This document shows, one piece after another, positions 1 through 11,317 of a stretch of 47,070 bases of DNA. The stretch is taken from NCBI GenBank assembly GCA_964007735.1, contig CAXGAI010000036.1, forward strand, positions 1 to 47,070, written 5' to 3'. The stretch's first letter is position 1; each line of letters starts with the position of its first letter. The notes below the pieces were generated by a model. The model had not been told where the DNA came from and made no database searches. It was given only the letters and a program-made list of their open reading frames with translations. The position numbers and the translations under genes are program-made. Source of the stretch: an uncultured Rhodopirellula sp. Lineage in GTDB: Bacteria; Planctomycetota; Planctomycetia; Pirellulales; Pirellulaceae.

Positions 1-2
1 AG

Positions 3-353
3 CGACATTCTCCAGATAATGGCTGGACCATTGTGCACGAACAATACCGACCATTCGTAATATTCCACAGAACACAGGCAGCGGCCTACCATCAACTCAA
101 CGAGGCCACCCCTCAGGCCGCGATCGAATGCATCAACGACGGGCTGAGGACCATCCGAAAGCTCTTCACCGAACATGATCTCGAGGAACATTTCGAAGAA
201 GATGAATTAGTCTCACAACTACGAGATATCCGGGAAGCATTGCGTACGGAATATAGTGTCGGCAAAACGCTTCATGAACAACTGGCTGAAGCAATTGCCA
301 GTGAGCAATACGAACGAGCAGCTGAAATTCGTGACCAGCTAAGTAAAAGCTAA
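3..353 (+). CDS. UvrB/UvrC-motif (UVR domain) protein, 5' partial
   Basis: Frame is open to the window edge (RHSPDNGWTIVHEQYRPF...). C-terminal LHEQLAEAIASEQYERAAEIRDQL is a typical UVR coiled-coil motif. Confidence 0.75.
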   Translation, partial: RHSPDNGWTIVHEQYRPFVIFHRTQAAAYHQLNEATPQAAIECINDGLRTIRKLFTEHDLEEHFEEDELVSQLRDIREALRTEYSVGKTLHEQLAEAIASEQYERAAEIRDQLSKS

Positions 354-1168
354 TCAACGCTTACTGTCGCAATAAGGTCTTCATAGTACCGACAGCTATG
401 TTCAATAATCTGAGGATAGTTCAAAGCCTCAAGCTCTTCTCCCATCAAACGTACATCAAAGCAGCCATCATAACCATGTTCCACCAGCGTTGTGACCATC
501 CTCTCGAGTGAGATACTACCATCCCCTAACAAGCAACGATTCTGTTCCTCGTTCGGACTGGCCGAAGCGTCTCCCAGAAAAACGACTGCCAATTGCGGTA
601 CAAGATCTCGAATCAACGAATAGAACTTACGGCTTCGACCCCAGTGATAAGTGTCGATCGCCATCTTGAAATGTGGACTCCCAAACGACTCGACATACCT
701 TAAGGTTGCTTCCAGGTCGGTCAAAAACGTCCAATCGGCCCCTGCTCGGATATGCATCGGCTCTAAAGCCAGCACGACGTCATGGACTTCGGCCACAGGT
801 AATAGTTGCTCAAAGGCCATTTGCATCAATCTTTTCGCATGGCTCTTCGTGTGGCCAGCCCGAGCACCCGTATACAGGGTTAAGCACTCCGCCTGAAGTA
901 AGGCTGCGGTTTCGATCGCCTGTTCCGCATCTTCCACTGCTTCCTGAAAGCTTCGCCCATCGTGCCCGGTGAAGCCGCCGGCAAAGTAGATGTTGCTGAC
1001 ATCCATTCCCATTTCAGCCAGAAGTTCAGCTCCTTTTTCTTCACCGTAGTCGGCAAGCTTCTGTCGCCAGATCCCCATAGCAGGAACGCCATAACGTGCA
1101 AAGGTACGGACGTCGCGATGAAATGACCAGCTATAAGTCGTGACTTCGCTTATGGAAAGACGTGGCAT
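350..1168 (-). CDS. Sugar phosphate isomerase/epimerase, xylose isomerase-like TIM barrel (AP_endonuc_2)
   Basis: 272 aa. LALEPMH, AIDTYH and R-x-x-LGDG motifs of the family. Confidence 0.8.
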   Translation of the reverse strand: MPRLSISEVTTYSWSFHRDVRTFARYGVPAMGIWRQKLADYGEEKGAELLAEMGMDVSNIYFAGGFTGHDGRSFQEAVEDAEQAIETAALLQAECLTLYTGARAGHTKSHAKRLMQMAFEQLLPVAEVHDVVLALEPMHIRAGADWTFLTDLEATLRYVESFGSPHFKMAIDTYHWGRSRKFYSLIRDLVPQLAVVFLGDASASPNEEQNRCLLGDGSISLERMVTTLVEHGYDGCFDVRLMGEELEALNYPQIIEHSCRYYEDLIATVSVD

Positions 1169-1260
1169 GACAAATCGGCGACGAAAAAGTTAGAGTGACA
1201 GGTTCGTGAGGTAACTATATCATAACGATTTAAATTCTCAGGTGGTGGCTACGGCTTAAA

Positions 1261-2178
1261 CTACTCGCCTAAATTCCAGGCGTCTAGCCAGACTTCGCCT
1301 TTACGTCTAAATCGGAAGCGTTCCACCATCTTTTCTTCCATATCGTCAAAGTGCCCCGCGCCATAGAAAATGCCGATCTTCTTGTTAGACAAATCCTGAA
1401 GTTGTTCCTCTAGTACTTCCAGAGCTTTATCGTTTCGAAGATGAATAATGGTTGATCCTTCCGGCCCACTCATCACATCAGGTAATCCGTCCATTTGCTC
1501 GAACTGCTGTGCCATCATGGCCTTCATCTTTTTCTCACGGTCTTTGGAAAACAAGGCGAGAATCAGATTAAAATCATTTGATTGTCCGGGGGCTCCCTGC
1601 AGAGCCAAACCCTGACCAATCGAACGGAAATACATCTTCATAAAACTCTCGTCCCGTTCTTCCATATGCTTTGCAAATTCCCTGGGATTCATGTCTGCGT
1701 GAACAAAATTGTCGACTGTGTAATCGATCTGCTCCAATTGATGCGTTAATCCCAGCAATTTCTGCAAACCAGATTGAGAGCCGGCAACAAAATCTAAACT
1801 AACCCCTTGCTTGTGTCCTTTCTCAATTACCGTTCCTTCAGGAGCGACTAACTCATAGAGCACGACGTCGTATTCTTCAAACAATTCATTAAGCTCGTCG
1901 TAATACTCCTTTTCACCAACGTGAATTGCTCCGATTAAATCCACCTGAACTTTACGCTGTGCCCCTTTGGTACCTTGCATCTGTACTACTGCGGTTTGCA
2001 AAGCCAGTGGTGTTTTATTTTCATCACGTTCTATACGCACATAAGAACGGTTTGGCGTTTTCGAGGCAGATTTTTTCTTATTGTCTGACTCCTCAGAACC
2101 ATTAGCCGAACAAACGGCAAAGACAATAACAAAAAGTAGGCAAAAAGCGGAGACGCATCGTTTTGAAATTTTCAACAT
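1261..2178 (-). CDS. Secreted conserved hypothetical protein, possibly TraB/GumN (Tiki)-like
   Basis: N-terminal signal peptide. LIGAIHVG, LRND and FYGAGH resemble the conserved His/Arg motifs of TraB/Tiki proteins. Confidence 0.55.
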   Translation of the reverse strand: MLKISKRCVSAFCLLFVIVFAVCSANGSEESDNKKKSASKTPNRSYVRIERDENKTPLALQTAVVQMQGTKGAQRKVQVDLIGAIHVGEKEYYDELNELFEEYDVVLYELVAPEGTVIEKGHKQGVSLDFVAGSQSGLQKLLGLTHQLEQIDYTVDNFVHADMNPREFAKHMEERDESFMKMYFRSIGQGLALQGAPGQSNDFNLILALFSKDREKKMKAMMAQQFEQMDGLPDVMSGPEGSTIIHLRNDKALEVLEEQLQDLSNKKIGIFYGAGHFDDMEEKMVERFRFRRKGEVWLDAWNLGE

Positions 2179-2507
2179 AACTAACTTGGGATATTAAACA
2201 GGAATTGTAACGGGACTACTGAAACCGGACGATTAACACGTCGGTCAACCCATTCGTGGGCTGTGCTGTCATTATAGTGTTAACGGGCGAATATTCGCGA
2301 TAGCCAACACAATGCAGTGCCCCCAGTTTGCACATACTCCCTATATCCCCACATTCCATGTGAATATTTGGAAAAATCGTCACAGATTACCAGACTTATT
2401 TAACTCTGGAGACCATCACTGACGATACGACCCTTAACACCTAACAGGTTCTGCCGATGCGTACGTACGTATTGGGAAAACCGAGATTCACAAATTAGTG
2501 GTATCAA

Positions 2508-3692
2508 GTGATGAGAATCCCCCGAATTCAAACATTACTCGGCGTCTTAGCCATCATGACACTGGTTACAACAAGTCTTGATGCTCAGAATTATGGCCAA
2601 CGACAGTATTCCGGGCCCTTTGTTGACTTTGACGAGTTCAACCCGGACTATCAGTTTTTTGCTCCTTTAGACAACACTCACTTTGGTGATTTTACTCCAA
2701 ATCTGGGCTGGTTCTTTACTTGGGATAAGCTGTTCACTAAGTCATCGCGACCTCGTATGAAAGATGGAGCACCCAATGATCGATACGGTGCATTTGACCG
2801 TGGATCAGGCAAGCGAATCAGTTTGGGCTTTATGCGTCCTGACAGCAATGGATGGAGTTTAAGCACTACCACCATTGGTGGACCAAATTTCTATCAGGAA
2901 CTCATTGTCGAAAGAAACAACCGTGTCGCTGAAGAAGATGATGGCGGTGGCGGTGGTGGCGGCGGTGGTGGAAATGAAGAACAGACACCAAACCAGGACG
3001 ACAACAATCCATTAACCGGACAGCGCGACTACATCTTACGGGATTCTATCAATGCTGTTACCTATAGTAGCTGGGAACTCAATCGCACCTGGCGTCTCAA
3101 AGAAAACGATAAAGGTCGTATCTGGGAACCGATGTTAGGTATACGTTATAGCAATATTCAGGATCGATTCGAAGGAGCAGAATACAATCGATATGATGAA
3201 GATGGCTTACCTGTTCCTCAAATCCCGGATCCCAACGATCCTAATTCTCCATCTCCTGATGACGCCGAAATCGAAGAATACATTCTCAATCAGGGGGTTC
3301 ATAACAATGATATGTTTGGTGGCCAGTTGGGTCTCCGCTGGTATCGAAAGCAAAGTCGTTGGTTACTATCGAATGAGCTTCGCTTTTTCGTCATGAACAA
3401 CAACCAATCTATTCGGCAACGGGAATTACGCGAAGTAACACTAGTCGAAGTGGGAACAGGAGAAGAACCTGAATCCCAAACCCGTGCGGAGAACATTACC
3501 TGGCAAAGTGACAACTCATTTGTCTGGGGTGGCGAATATCGTCATGAAGCCGCTTATGAGATCACTCGTGACCTAACCGCCCGGTTTGGATTCAATGTTC
3601 TTAATTATGGCAAAGGTATCGGCCGAGGCGAAAACTACGGTGATCGTTTTCTAACTTACGGCTTTAACTTTGGTATCACGTTAAATCGGTAA
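2508..3692 (+). CDS. Outer membrane beta-barrel protein, BBP7-like (planctomycete type)
   Basis: Signal peptide, alternating aromatic/hydrophobic strands, N-D-M-F-G-G-Q-L-G-L-R motif and C-terminal YGFNFGITLNR. Confidence 0.65.
   Translation: MMRIPRIQTLLGVLAIMTLVTTSLDAQNYGQRQYSGPFVDFDEFNPDYQFFAPLDNTHFGDFTPNLGWFFTWDKLFTKSSRPRMKDGAPNDRYGAFDRGSGKRISLGFMRPDSNGWSLSTTTIGGPNFYQELIVERNNRVAEEDDGGGGGGGGGGNEEQTPNQDDNNPLTGQRDYILRDSINAVTYSSWELNRTWRLKENDKGRIWEPMLGIRYSNIQDRFEGAEYNRYDEDGLPVPQIPDPNDPNSPSPDDAEIEEYILNQGVHNNDMFGGQLGLRWYRKQSRWLLSNELRFFVMNNNQSIRQRELREVTLVEVGTGEEPESQTRAENITWQSDNSFVWGGEYRHEAAYEITRDLTARFGFNVLNYGKGIGRGENYGDRFLTYGFNFGITLNR
2943..2972 (+). repeat. (GGN)10 poly-glycine tract inside the beta-barrel gene
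   Basis: ggc ggt ggc ggt ggt ggc ggc ggt ggt gga encodes Gly10. Confidence 0.9.
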
Positions 3693-3703
3693 GAGCTGAC
3701 CAA

Positions 3704-3740
3704 ATAAAAAAGGCCGTCTCTATCGACGGCCTTTTTTTAT
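3704..3740. terminator. Bidirectional intrinsic terminator
   Basis: AAAAAAGGCCGTC-tctatc-GACGGCCTTTTTT between two convergent genes. Confidence 0.9.
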
Positions 3741-3750
3741 CTTTGAGGAA

Positions 3751-6700
3751 TTAATCGGACAGCATTTCCGTACGCTGAATACTATTGGCAACTCGAGTCG
3801 TACCTGATTCAAACTTCAGGTACGATGGGTCAATCTTTTCTACTTCTTCTGCAACCGCATCGCAGGTTTGGATAATTTGCTCATCCGTATGAGTTGACGA
3901 GATAAAGAACCGCAATCGTGCTGCGGCTTCTTCTACAGCAGGGTATAGAATTGGCTGCACATTGATACCGCGTTCAAACAATTGATGAGACAATTGCAGT
4001 GCGTGCAGTGAGTTACCAATAATCACCGGCACCACTGGAGTGTTATTCCCCAAGCCGGTATCTAACCCTCGTTTCCTGGCTTCCTGAAGGAAGAATCTGC
4101 TATTGTGCTGTACTTTTGCAACTCGCTCCGGTTCATCCTCCAAAAGCCGTAACGCCGCAAGGGCAGCAGCAGCATTAGCCGGGGAAAGTCCGACGCTGTA
4201 AACAAATCCGGGTGAAGTATACTTCAGATACTCAACCAGTTCTTTAGTACCCGCAATGTAACCACCGCAACTTCCGAAAGTTTTACTTAACGTTCCCATC
4301 CATATATCGACTTCGCGAGCATCAACTCCAAAGTGCTCACTAATTCCGCGACCGTGTTCTCCCATCGTACCGATAGAATGGGCTTCGTCGACCATTAGGA
4401 AAACGTTGTGTCTCTTTTTGATTTCAATAAATTTTGGCAAATCAGGGAAGTCACCATCCATACTGTAGACGCCTTCCACAACCACCAATACCCGTCGGTA
4501 CTCATGGCGAACTTCACTGAGGATCTCGTCCAGTTCACGCCAGTCGTTATGCTTAAATGGACGGCGGCGGGCTCCGGAAAGAATCGAGCCTTGGATGATA
4601 CTGTTGTGCGAAAGGCTATCGTGAACAATGAGGTCGCCGGATCCAAACAGGTGACCGATCGTTGACTCATTGGTCGAATGCCCACCGACATATGTAATCG
4701 AATCTTCCACACCAATAAAATCCGCAATTCCTTTTTCTAACTCACGATGAATTGGTTTTTCACCCGAGACCAAACGACTCGCTGAAACACTGGTTCCATA
4801 TTCTTCAACTGCTTCCTGAGACGCTTTCACAACCGCCGGGTCGCCAGACATCCCCAGGTAGTTATAACTAGACCAACTCAAAAGCTCACGACCATTAATG
4901 GTCGTCGTATCGTTAGTAACTGCTTCATGTACACTGAAGTATGGATTTGGAAGACCTGTGGAAGCTAATAACTTCTTTGTCTTTTGCAAACGGACATACT
5001 CAGGCATTAATGCAAAATTATAATCAGACTCGGGGATTGGAACTCCAACACTGCGTACGCTTTTAACCTTCTTCGATACCTGTCCCAATTGGGTACCAAT
5101 ATCTCTAAAGTGTTCTTTAACAGCAGATGCCACCTGAAGCACTGTTTCAATTTCCTGCAGTACTTCTTCCGGAAAACGTTGACCAAAGACTTCCTCGATT
5201 GAATTAGCAATCTGTAGGCGTTCGAGCGAATCGAGCCCCAGATCGGTCACAATATTTGTCTGTGCTGACAGATTTCCGGCTCGTTCACGAGCGACATCAC
5301 GAACTTTTTCCATCACGAGTTCAAGTAGACCCGACGGCAAATCAACATCAACGACGCCAGCAATTCCCGGGCTTGGCTTAGTGACGACAACCTCTTTTCC
5401 ACCGGCGTCTTCCCAGGCCAACCACGAAGCAATTGTCTTCAAAGAGCCATCGAGAAAGCTGTTACGACAAGCGTGCCGCTGAATTTTTCCACTGGAAGTC
5501 TTTGGGATCGAACCAAAACGGACAAGTACAATTCCATCTGGTGGCAAGTCATGTTCGGCCGTAACATCATGCCGGATTGCCTGAATCACGTCACTCCAGT
5601 CTTCACGTCGTTTACGCTCAACTTCTGCTACGACGATCAATCGTTCCCGGCCTTCAATATCCACAGCAAAACAGCCTACAGCACCATTCTGCAAACGATT
5701 GCTGGACCGCTCCACCGTCAACTCAATATCCTGCGGGTAACGGTTAACACCACGAATAATAATCAAATCCTTCAAACGGCCTGTCACAAACAAATCGTCA
5801 CCCTGAACGAATCCAAGGTCACCGGTTCGCAGATAAGGACCCGTTTGTGAGTCTGCCAGTTTGGCTTCAAAGGTTTGCTGCGATAAGGCCGGTTTATCCC
5901 AATACCCGCGACCAACACTGGGGCTATTGACCCAAATCTCACCAACTTCACCCGATGGCAGGCGTTTGTAAGTCTGTGAATCAACAATGGCAACATCTTC
6001 ATTTGGAAAAACACTTCCGCAGCCAACGAGAGTTCGAGCCCCTCGAGTGTCCGGGCTCACCGGTACCACACGATGTTCGTGTAATGAATCATTATCAAAA
6101 GATTTCAGCGTTGGCTTTTCGGTTACCACCTTACCCGTGACAATCAAAGTGGCTTCTGCCATACCATAACAAGGATAAAAGGCCTGTGAATTGAATCCAA
6201 CTTCTTCGAACTTACGTGAAAAATCACCCAGCGTGGAAGAGCGTATCGGTTCAGCCCCGTTATAGGCCAAGCACCAACTACTTAGATTCAACCCTTTCAT
6301 CTGCTCTTCAGTAATCTGCTGAGAACATAGGTCGTAAGCAAAGTTCGGACCACCTGAAATCGTAATGCTGTATCTAGAAATCGCTTTTAGCCAGCGAATG
6401 GGCTTTTGCAAGAATGCCATTGGTGACATAAAGACACAAAAACAACTCGTGTATAGAGGAGCTAACAAACCTCCAATAAGCCCCATATCATGGTAAGCCG
6501 GCAACCAACTCAAACCTCGTGATTTCCAACTTAGATCAAAAGCGTAGGTAATCATCTGTAAATTGGCGAGCATGTTACCGTGGGAAATCATTACTCCCTT
6601 AGGGGTCCCGGTCGATCCGGACGTGTACTGCAGAAAAGCAAGGTCATCCTTCTGGATATCTGGATTCTTCCAAACAGTACTCTTTTCAACTGGCACTTCT

Positions 6701-7161
6701 TCCGTCGCGATCCATTCGGCGGATTGCAGGCGAGGGCTATCTTCCAGAATATGTTCACTACGATCGATTACATCGCGAGTCGCAAACACAAACTTCGGTT
6801 TTGCGTCGTCCGCAATTGAATCAATACGATTCATCTTTCGGTTTCGGCGAGGAGGGTAGGCCGGTACAGCAATAGCCCCGGCGAACAAACAGCCGAGAAA
6901 GCCTTTGATGAATTCCATCCCAGGGTGATAAAGAAGTAATACTCTTTCACCTTTCACCGAGCCGGATTCCTGCAATTGCGCAGCAATTGCCCGAGCTGAA
7001 TCTCTCAACTCTGCATAGGTAATTTGCAACTCATCTTCTTCTCCATCAACCAGAAACGTATACGCTACCTGTTCTGGACGTTCTTTCCCCCAATACTCAA
7101 GGGAATCAACTAGATGGGTTTCAATGGGCTTGTACGGGGCAAATAAGCGATCTAAATTCAC
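3751..7161 (-). CDS. Fatty acyl-AMP ligase (FAAL) - acyl carrier protein - PLP-dependent alpha-oxoamine synthase fusion
   Basis: Adenylation domain: LQYTSGSTGTPKGV, YGMAEAT, RTGDLG, GRLKDLII, PKTSSGKIQR. ACP: DLGLDSL (Ser ~645). AOS: SYNYLG, EGVYSMDGD, DEAHS, GTLSKTFG (Lys ~960). Confidence 0.88.
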   Translation of the reverse strand: MNLDRLFAPYKPIETHLVDSLEYWGKERPEQVAYTFLVDGEEDELQITYAELRDSARAIAAQLQESGSVKGERVLLLYHPGMEFIKGFLGCLFAGAIAVPAYPPRRNRKMNRIDSIADDAKPKFVFATRDVIDRSEHILEDSPRLQSAEWIATEEVPVEKSTVWKNPDIQKDDLAFLQYTSGSTGTPKGVMISHGNMLANLQMITYAFDLSWKSRGLSWLPAYHDMGLIGGLLAPLYTSCFCVFMSPMAFLQKPIRWLKAISRYSITISGGPNFAYDLCSQQITEEQMKGLNLSSWCLAYNGAEPIRSSTLGDFSRKFEEVGFNSQAFYPCYGMAEATLIVTGKVVTEKPTLKSFDNDSLHEHRVVPVSPDTRGARTLVGCGSVFPNEDVAIVDSQTYKRLPSGEVGEIWVNSPSVGRGYWDKPALSQQTFEAKLADSQTGPYLRTGDLGFVQGDDLFVTGRLKDLIIIRGVNRYPQDIELTVERSSNRLQNGAVGCFAVDIEGRERLIVVAEVERKRREDWSDVIQAIRHDVTAEHDLPPDGIVLVRFGSIPKTSSGKIQRHACRNSFLDGSLKTIASWLAWEDAGGKEVVVTKPSPGIAGVVDVDLPSGLLELVMEKVRDVARERAGNLSAQTNIVTDLGLDSLERLQIANSIEEVFGQRFPEEVLQEIETVLQVASAVKEHFRDIGTQLGQVSKKVKSVRSVGVPIPESDYNFALMPEYVRLQKTKKLLASTGLPNPYFSVHEAVTNDTTTINGRELLSWSSYNYLGMSGDPAVVKASQEAVEEYGTSVSASRLVSGEKPIHRELEKGIADFIGVEDSITYVGGHSTNESTIGHLFGSGDLIVHDSLSHNSIIQGSILSGARRRPFKHNDWRELDEILSEVRHEYRRVLVVVEGVYSMDGDFPDLPKFIEIKKRHNVFLMVDEAHSIGTMGEHGRGISEHFGVDAREVDIWMGTLSKTFGSCGGYIAGTKELVEYLKYTSPGFVYSVGLSPANAAAALAALRLLEDEPERVAKVQHNSRFFLQEARKRGLDTGLGNNTPVVPVIIGNSLHALQLSHQLFERGINVQPILYPAVEEAAARLRFFISSTHTDEQIIQTCDAVAEEVEKIDPSYLKFESGTTRVANSIQRTEMLSD

Positions 7162-7621
7162 CGCATAAACTCCAACGCCAATATTTCTCTGTCTCGGTTC
7201 TTAGAATTCCATTCCAGAAACTACTAACTGCTCCTTCAGATCCCGAGATTTCAGACTAACACGAGGTCTTAAAATTGGCAAACAGCCCTGCCAAACATTC
7301 GGGGTTTCCGAGGTTTTGACACAATCTAACTGCTATAACCACTACAACCTACTACTTACCCGTGCTGATCCCTGCACGAGCAACAACAATTCGTCTGCTT
7401 TTCACCAATTCCCTAGTGAGCCACAGTAGGCAAAACATCCTAATATTGAGCTTAGAAACATACTCCGATGCTCAAAACCCTAGGAAATCCCCGCCTGTCT
7501 CTTATCTTTCGGCACCGACGCCCCTTGGAAACAATGTTTCCTACGTCCCTCGATAGAACGTGTATACGATGTAAAATATGTTCAGGCGTTACATCTTAAC
7601 AATTACCTATCTAGCAGCTTA

Positions 7622-8059
7622 GTGCTACTAAACACGGGTCGCTCCCAACTAAATTACGATATGAATACCGGCAAACTAATCACCAGTGAACAAATCAACT
7701 CGATTGGCGGACAAACTCGACGGTTTAAAAGTGGGTTTCTACACACGGTCAACCTTCGTGAAGCAGAAATAGTCATCGACGATCAATGGGTCAAAAAACT
7801 AACTGGGCAAACGAAGTTAGTGGATCTCAATTTGGAGGGCAGCGACATTACCGATTCAGCCTTAGAAACTCTCAGTAAGTTATCCTCCCTGGAAACACTC
7901 GACCTGTCCGAAACCCATATTACAGATCGCGCACTCGACACCCTAAAAAACATGCACCATCTAAAGGTTCTGGCTCTTACGTCTACCCAGTGCAGTCAAG
8001 AGAAGATTCGGGAGATCCGTGCAGCCATGCTGAATACACGAATCATTCACATCGATTAA
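7622..8059 (+). CDS. Leucine-rich repeat protein; N-terminus uncertain (possible frameshift from ATG 7578)
   Basis: Repeats LVDLNLEGSDITDSAL / LETLDLSETHITDRAL / LKVLALTSTQCS. Confidence 0.7.
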   Translation: MLLNTGRSQLNYDMNTGKLITSEQINSIGGQTRRFKSGFLHTVNLREAEIVIDDQWVKKLTGQTKLVDLNLEGSDITDSALETLSKLSSLETLDLSETHITDRALDTLKNMHHLKVLALTSTQCSQEKIREIRAAMLNTRIIHID

Positions 8060-8078
8060 ACGGTTAGGCAAACGGGCA

Positions 8079-9518
8079 TCAAAACAATTCTGCAATCGGT
8101 TCACCCTGTTCAAGGATAGGACGGGGACGTCCCTGAAAATCATTCACAAAGGTGTGATGATCGATGCCCAGTGAAGTGAACATAGTAGCTGCAATGTCAG
8201 AAGGCGAATAAGGGTGTGTCGTCACTTCAGCTCCGGTTTTGTCAGTCGCGCCGATAACCTGACCTGTTTTGACCCCTCCGCCTGTTACAAATAATGAGCC
8301 GGCAGCCCCCCAGTGATCCCGACCGCCGTTCGAATTAATCTTCGGTGTACGACCAAATTCCGTTAGGAACACAACCAATGTCTTTTCCAGCAATCCACGC
8401 TGCTCCATGTCGTTTATTAAAGCGGCAAATGCTTTATCCATTCCGGCCAGATGATAGCCGCGTTTTACCATATCCTGAATTGGAGGATGATTCTGACTCG
8501 GAGCATTATGGTTATCCCAAATGTTTCCGTAATCAGAGTCGTAACCATAGTCCAGCACGATAAATGGCGCCCCGGCTTCAATCAGTCGACGCGCCATTAA
8601 ACAACGCCCTCCAAGCTTCGTTTTACCGTACGTCTCTCGGACAACATTTCCTTCCTGATTAATATCAAATGCTTCTCGCAAGGCACTCGTGGAGAGCATT
8701 CGCAGCGCCCCTTTGTACTTCGTTTCCGCTGCGATGAGTTGCTGATCTCCATCGAGACTTTTTAGAGCCTGATCAAACTGCTGACGAAGTGAAGCTCGTC
8801 GAGTTAATCTCGTAAGCGGCACCTCTTCTGTCAGAGCCAGTGACTTTGGAATCAGGTCTTCTTCGATTTCTGGCGATGGATCATCCAGCTTTTCACCCAC
8901 GGTGAAATCCGGTTGTTCCGGAAGCCCACCAACACAATACGGAAGATATTGATTGCCCATCCAGCCACTCTTAAAGAAGTTATAGGGTGGCGGTCCGGGA
9001 CGCGTGATACCTGGCAAACAAATGTAACCTGGTAGTCCATTTCGGGGGCCCTGCAGATGGGAAACAATCGAACCAATATTAGGCTCACTGAACAATTCCG
9101 TGCGCCCCACCACACGACCACTAAGTGTCATAACCTGACTAATCAAATGATCATTACTGTGATGTGAGAAACTGCGAATCACCGAGATCTTGTGAGCGAT
9201 CTTGGACATCTCCGTCATCGTGTCGCCAAACCGAACACCAGACAAACTTGTCTGGATATCCTGAAGCTTGCCCCGTATCTCCAACGGAGCTTCCATTTTG
9301 GGATCGAAAGATTCGTACTGAGTGACACCGCCTGCCATCCACAAAACCAAAACGCTTTCGGCTTTACCTTTGCCAAGAACTGGCTGGATGGTCGTTGCCT
9401 GCAGCTGGGTATTCCAAGGGCTAAATGCCGAGGCGGTTGCACCTAAGGTAAAGGCTCCTACTTTTAGCATGCCGCGTCGAGTGAGTGCGATATCTTTATT
9501 GTGCGAAGGTTTAATCAT
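8079..9518 (-). CDS. DUF1501 domain protein with a Tat-like signal
   Basis: TRRGMLK, LWMAGGVTQYESFDPK, ARRLIEAG, WDNH, EFGRTPKIN...GRDHW. Confidence 0.88.
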   Translation of the reverse strand: MIKPSHNKDIALTRRGMLKVGAFTLGATASAFSPWNTQLQATTIQPVLGKGKAESVLVLWMAGGVTQYESFDPKMEAPLEIRGKLQDIQTSLSGVRFGDTMTEMSKIAHKISVIRSFSHHSNDHLISQVMTLSGRVVGRTELFSEPNIGSIVSHLQGPRNGLPGYICLPGITRPGPPPYNFFKSGWMGNQYLPYCVGGLPEQPDFTVGEKLDDPSPEIEEDLIPKSLALTEEVPLTRLTRRASLRQQFDQALKSLDGDQQLIAAETKYKGALRMLSTSALREAFDINQEGNVVRETYGKTKLGGRCLMARRLIEAGAPFIVLDYGYDSDYGNIWDNHNAPSQNHPPIQDMVKRGYHLAGMDKAFAALINDMEQRGLLEKTLVVFLTEFGRTPKINSNGGRDHWGAAGSLFVTGGGVKTGQVIGATDKTGAEVTTHPYSPSDIAATMFTSLGIDHHTFVNDFQGRPRPILEQGEPIAELF

Positions 9519-9606
9519 CCATTTATTGTCTAGAAAACACGACTAAATAACAATATGTTAATTCTCATTCCCCAAATTATTGCTCTCCACACGGAGCTAA
9601 TCGCGG

Positions 9607-9651
9607 TAACGAGAAGAGCCATGAAATCAAGTTCCATGGCTCTTCTCGTTA
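9607..9651. terminator. Long hairpin downstream of eno (probable terminator)
   Basis: Perfect 17-bp inverted repeat TAACGAGAAGAGCCATG / CATGGCTCTTCTCGTTA. Confidence 0.7.
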
Positions 9652-9674
9652 TGCACATCTAACAATCTGTTACT

Positions 9675-10982
<1,308 letters not shown>

Positions 10983-11317
10983 CTAATGATGTTGTTGTCC
11001 ACTCGGCACTCAAATGCCAAGTACTATAAGTAGTATTGTGTCCCAAGTCCAAGGTTTTGACTATATGGATACCAATACGGTTTTATCAGATTCCGGAATC
11101 CGGATGAATTTGCATAACTGATGGCCTTGCGCACCATAAAACGTACTCGGACAACGAACAATAAACTACTAAAACTTTTTGCTCTAAACCCTTCCAGAGT
11201 TTTGCGGTTTCCAACTATCTACACCGAAGTAAAATAAAGTACCGAACGAACTCGAGGAAAATATCCAGCCCTTTGCGATTCGTTCCAGCACCAAATCCAA
11301 CTCCAAGGAATTCAAAT

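Noticed and set aside
11080..11115. ATTCCGG...TCCGGATG upstream of riboflavin synthase, resembling the 3' part of an FMN riboswitch
   Set aside because: The conserved 5' core (AGGGC-GGG-GAAATTCCC-ACCGGCGGT) is absent and the spacing is far too short.
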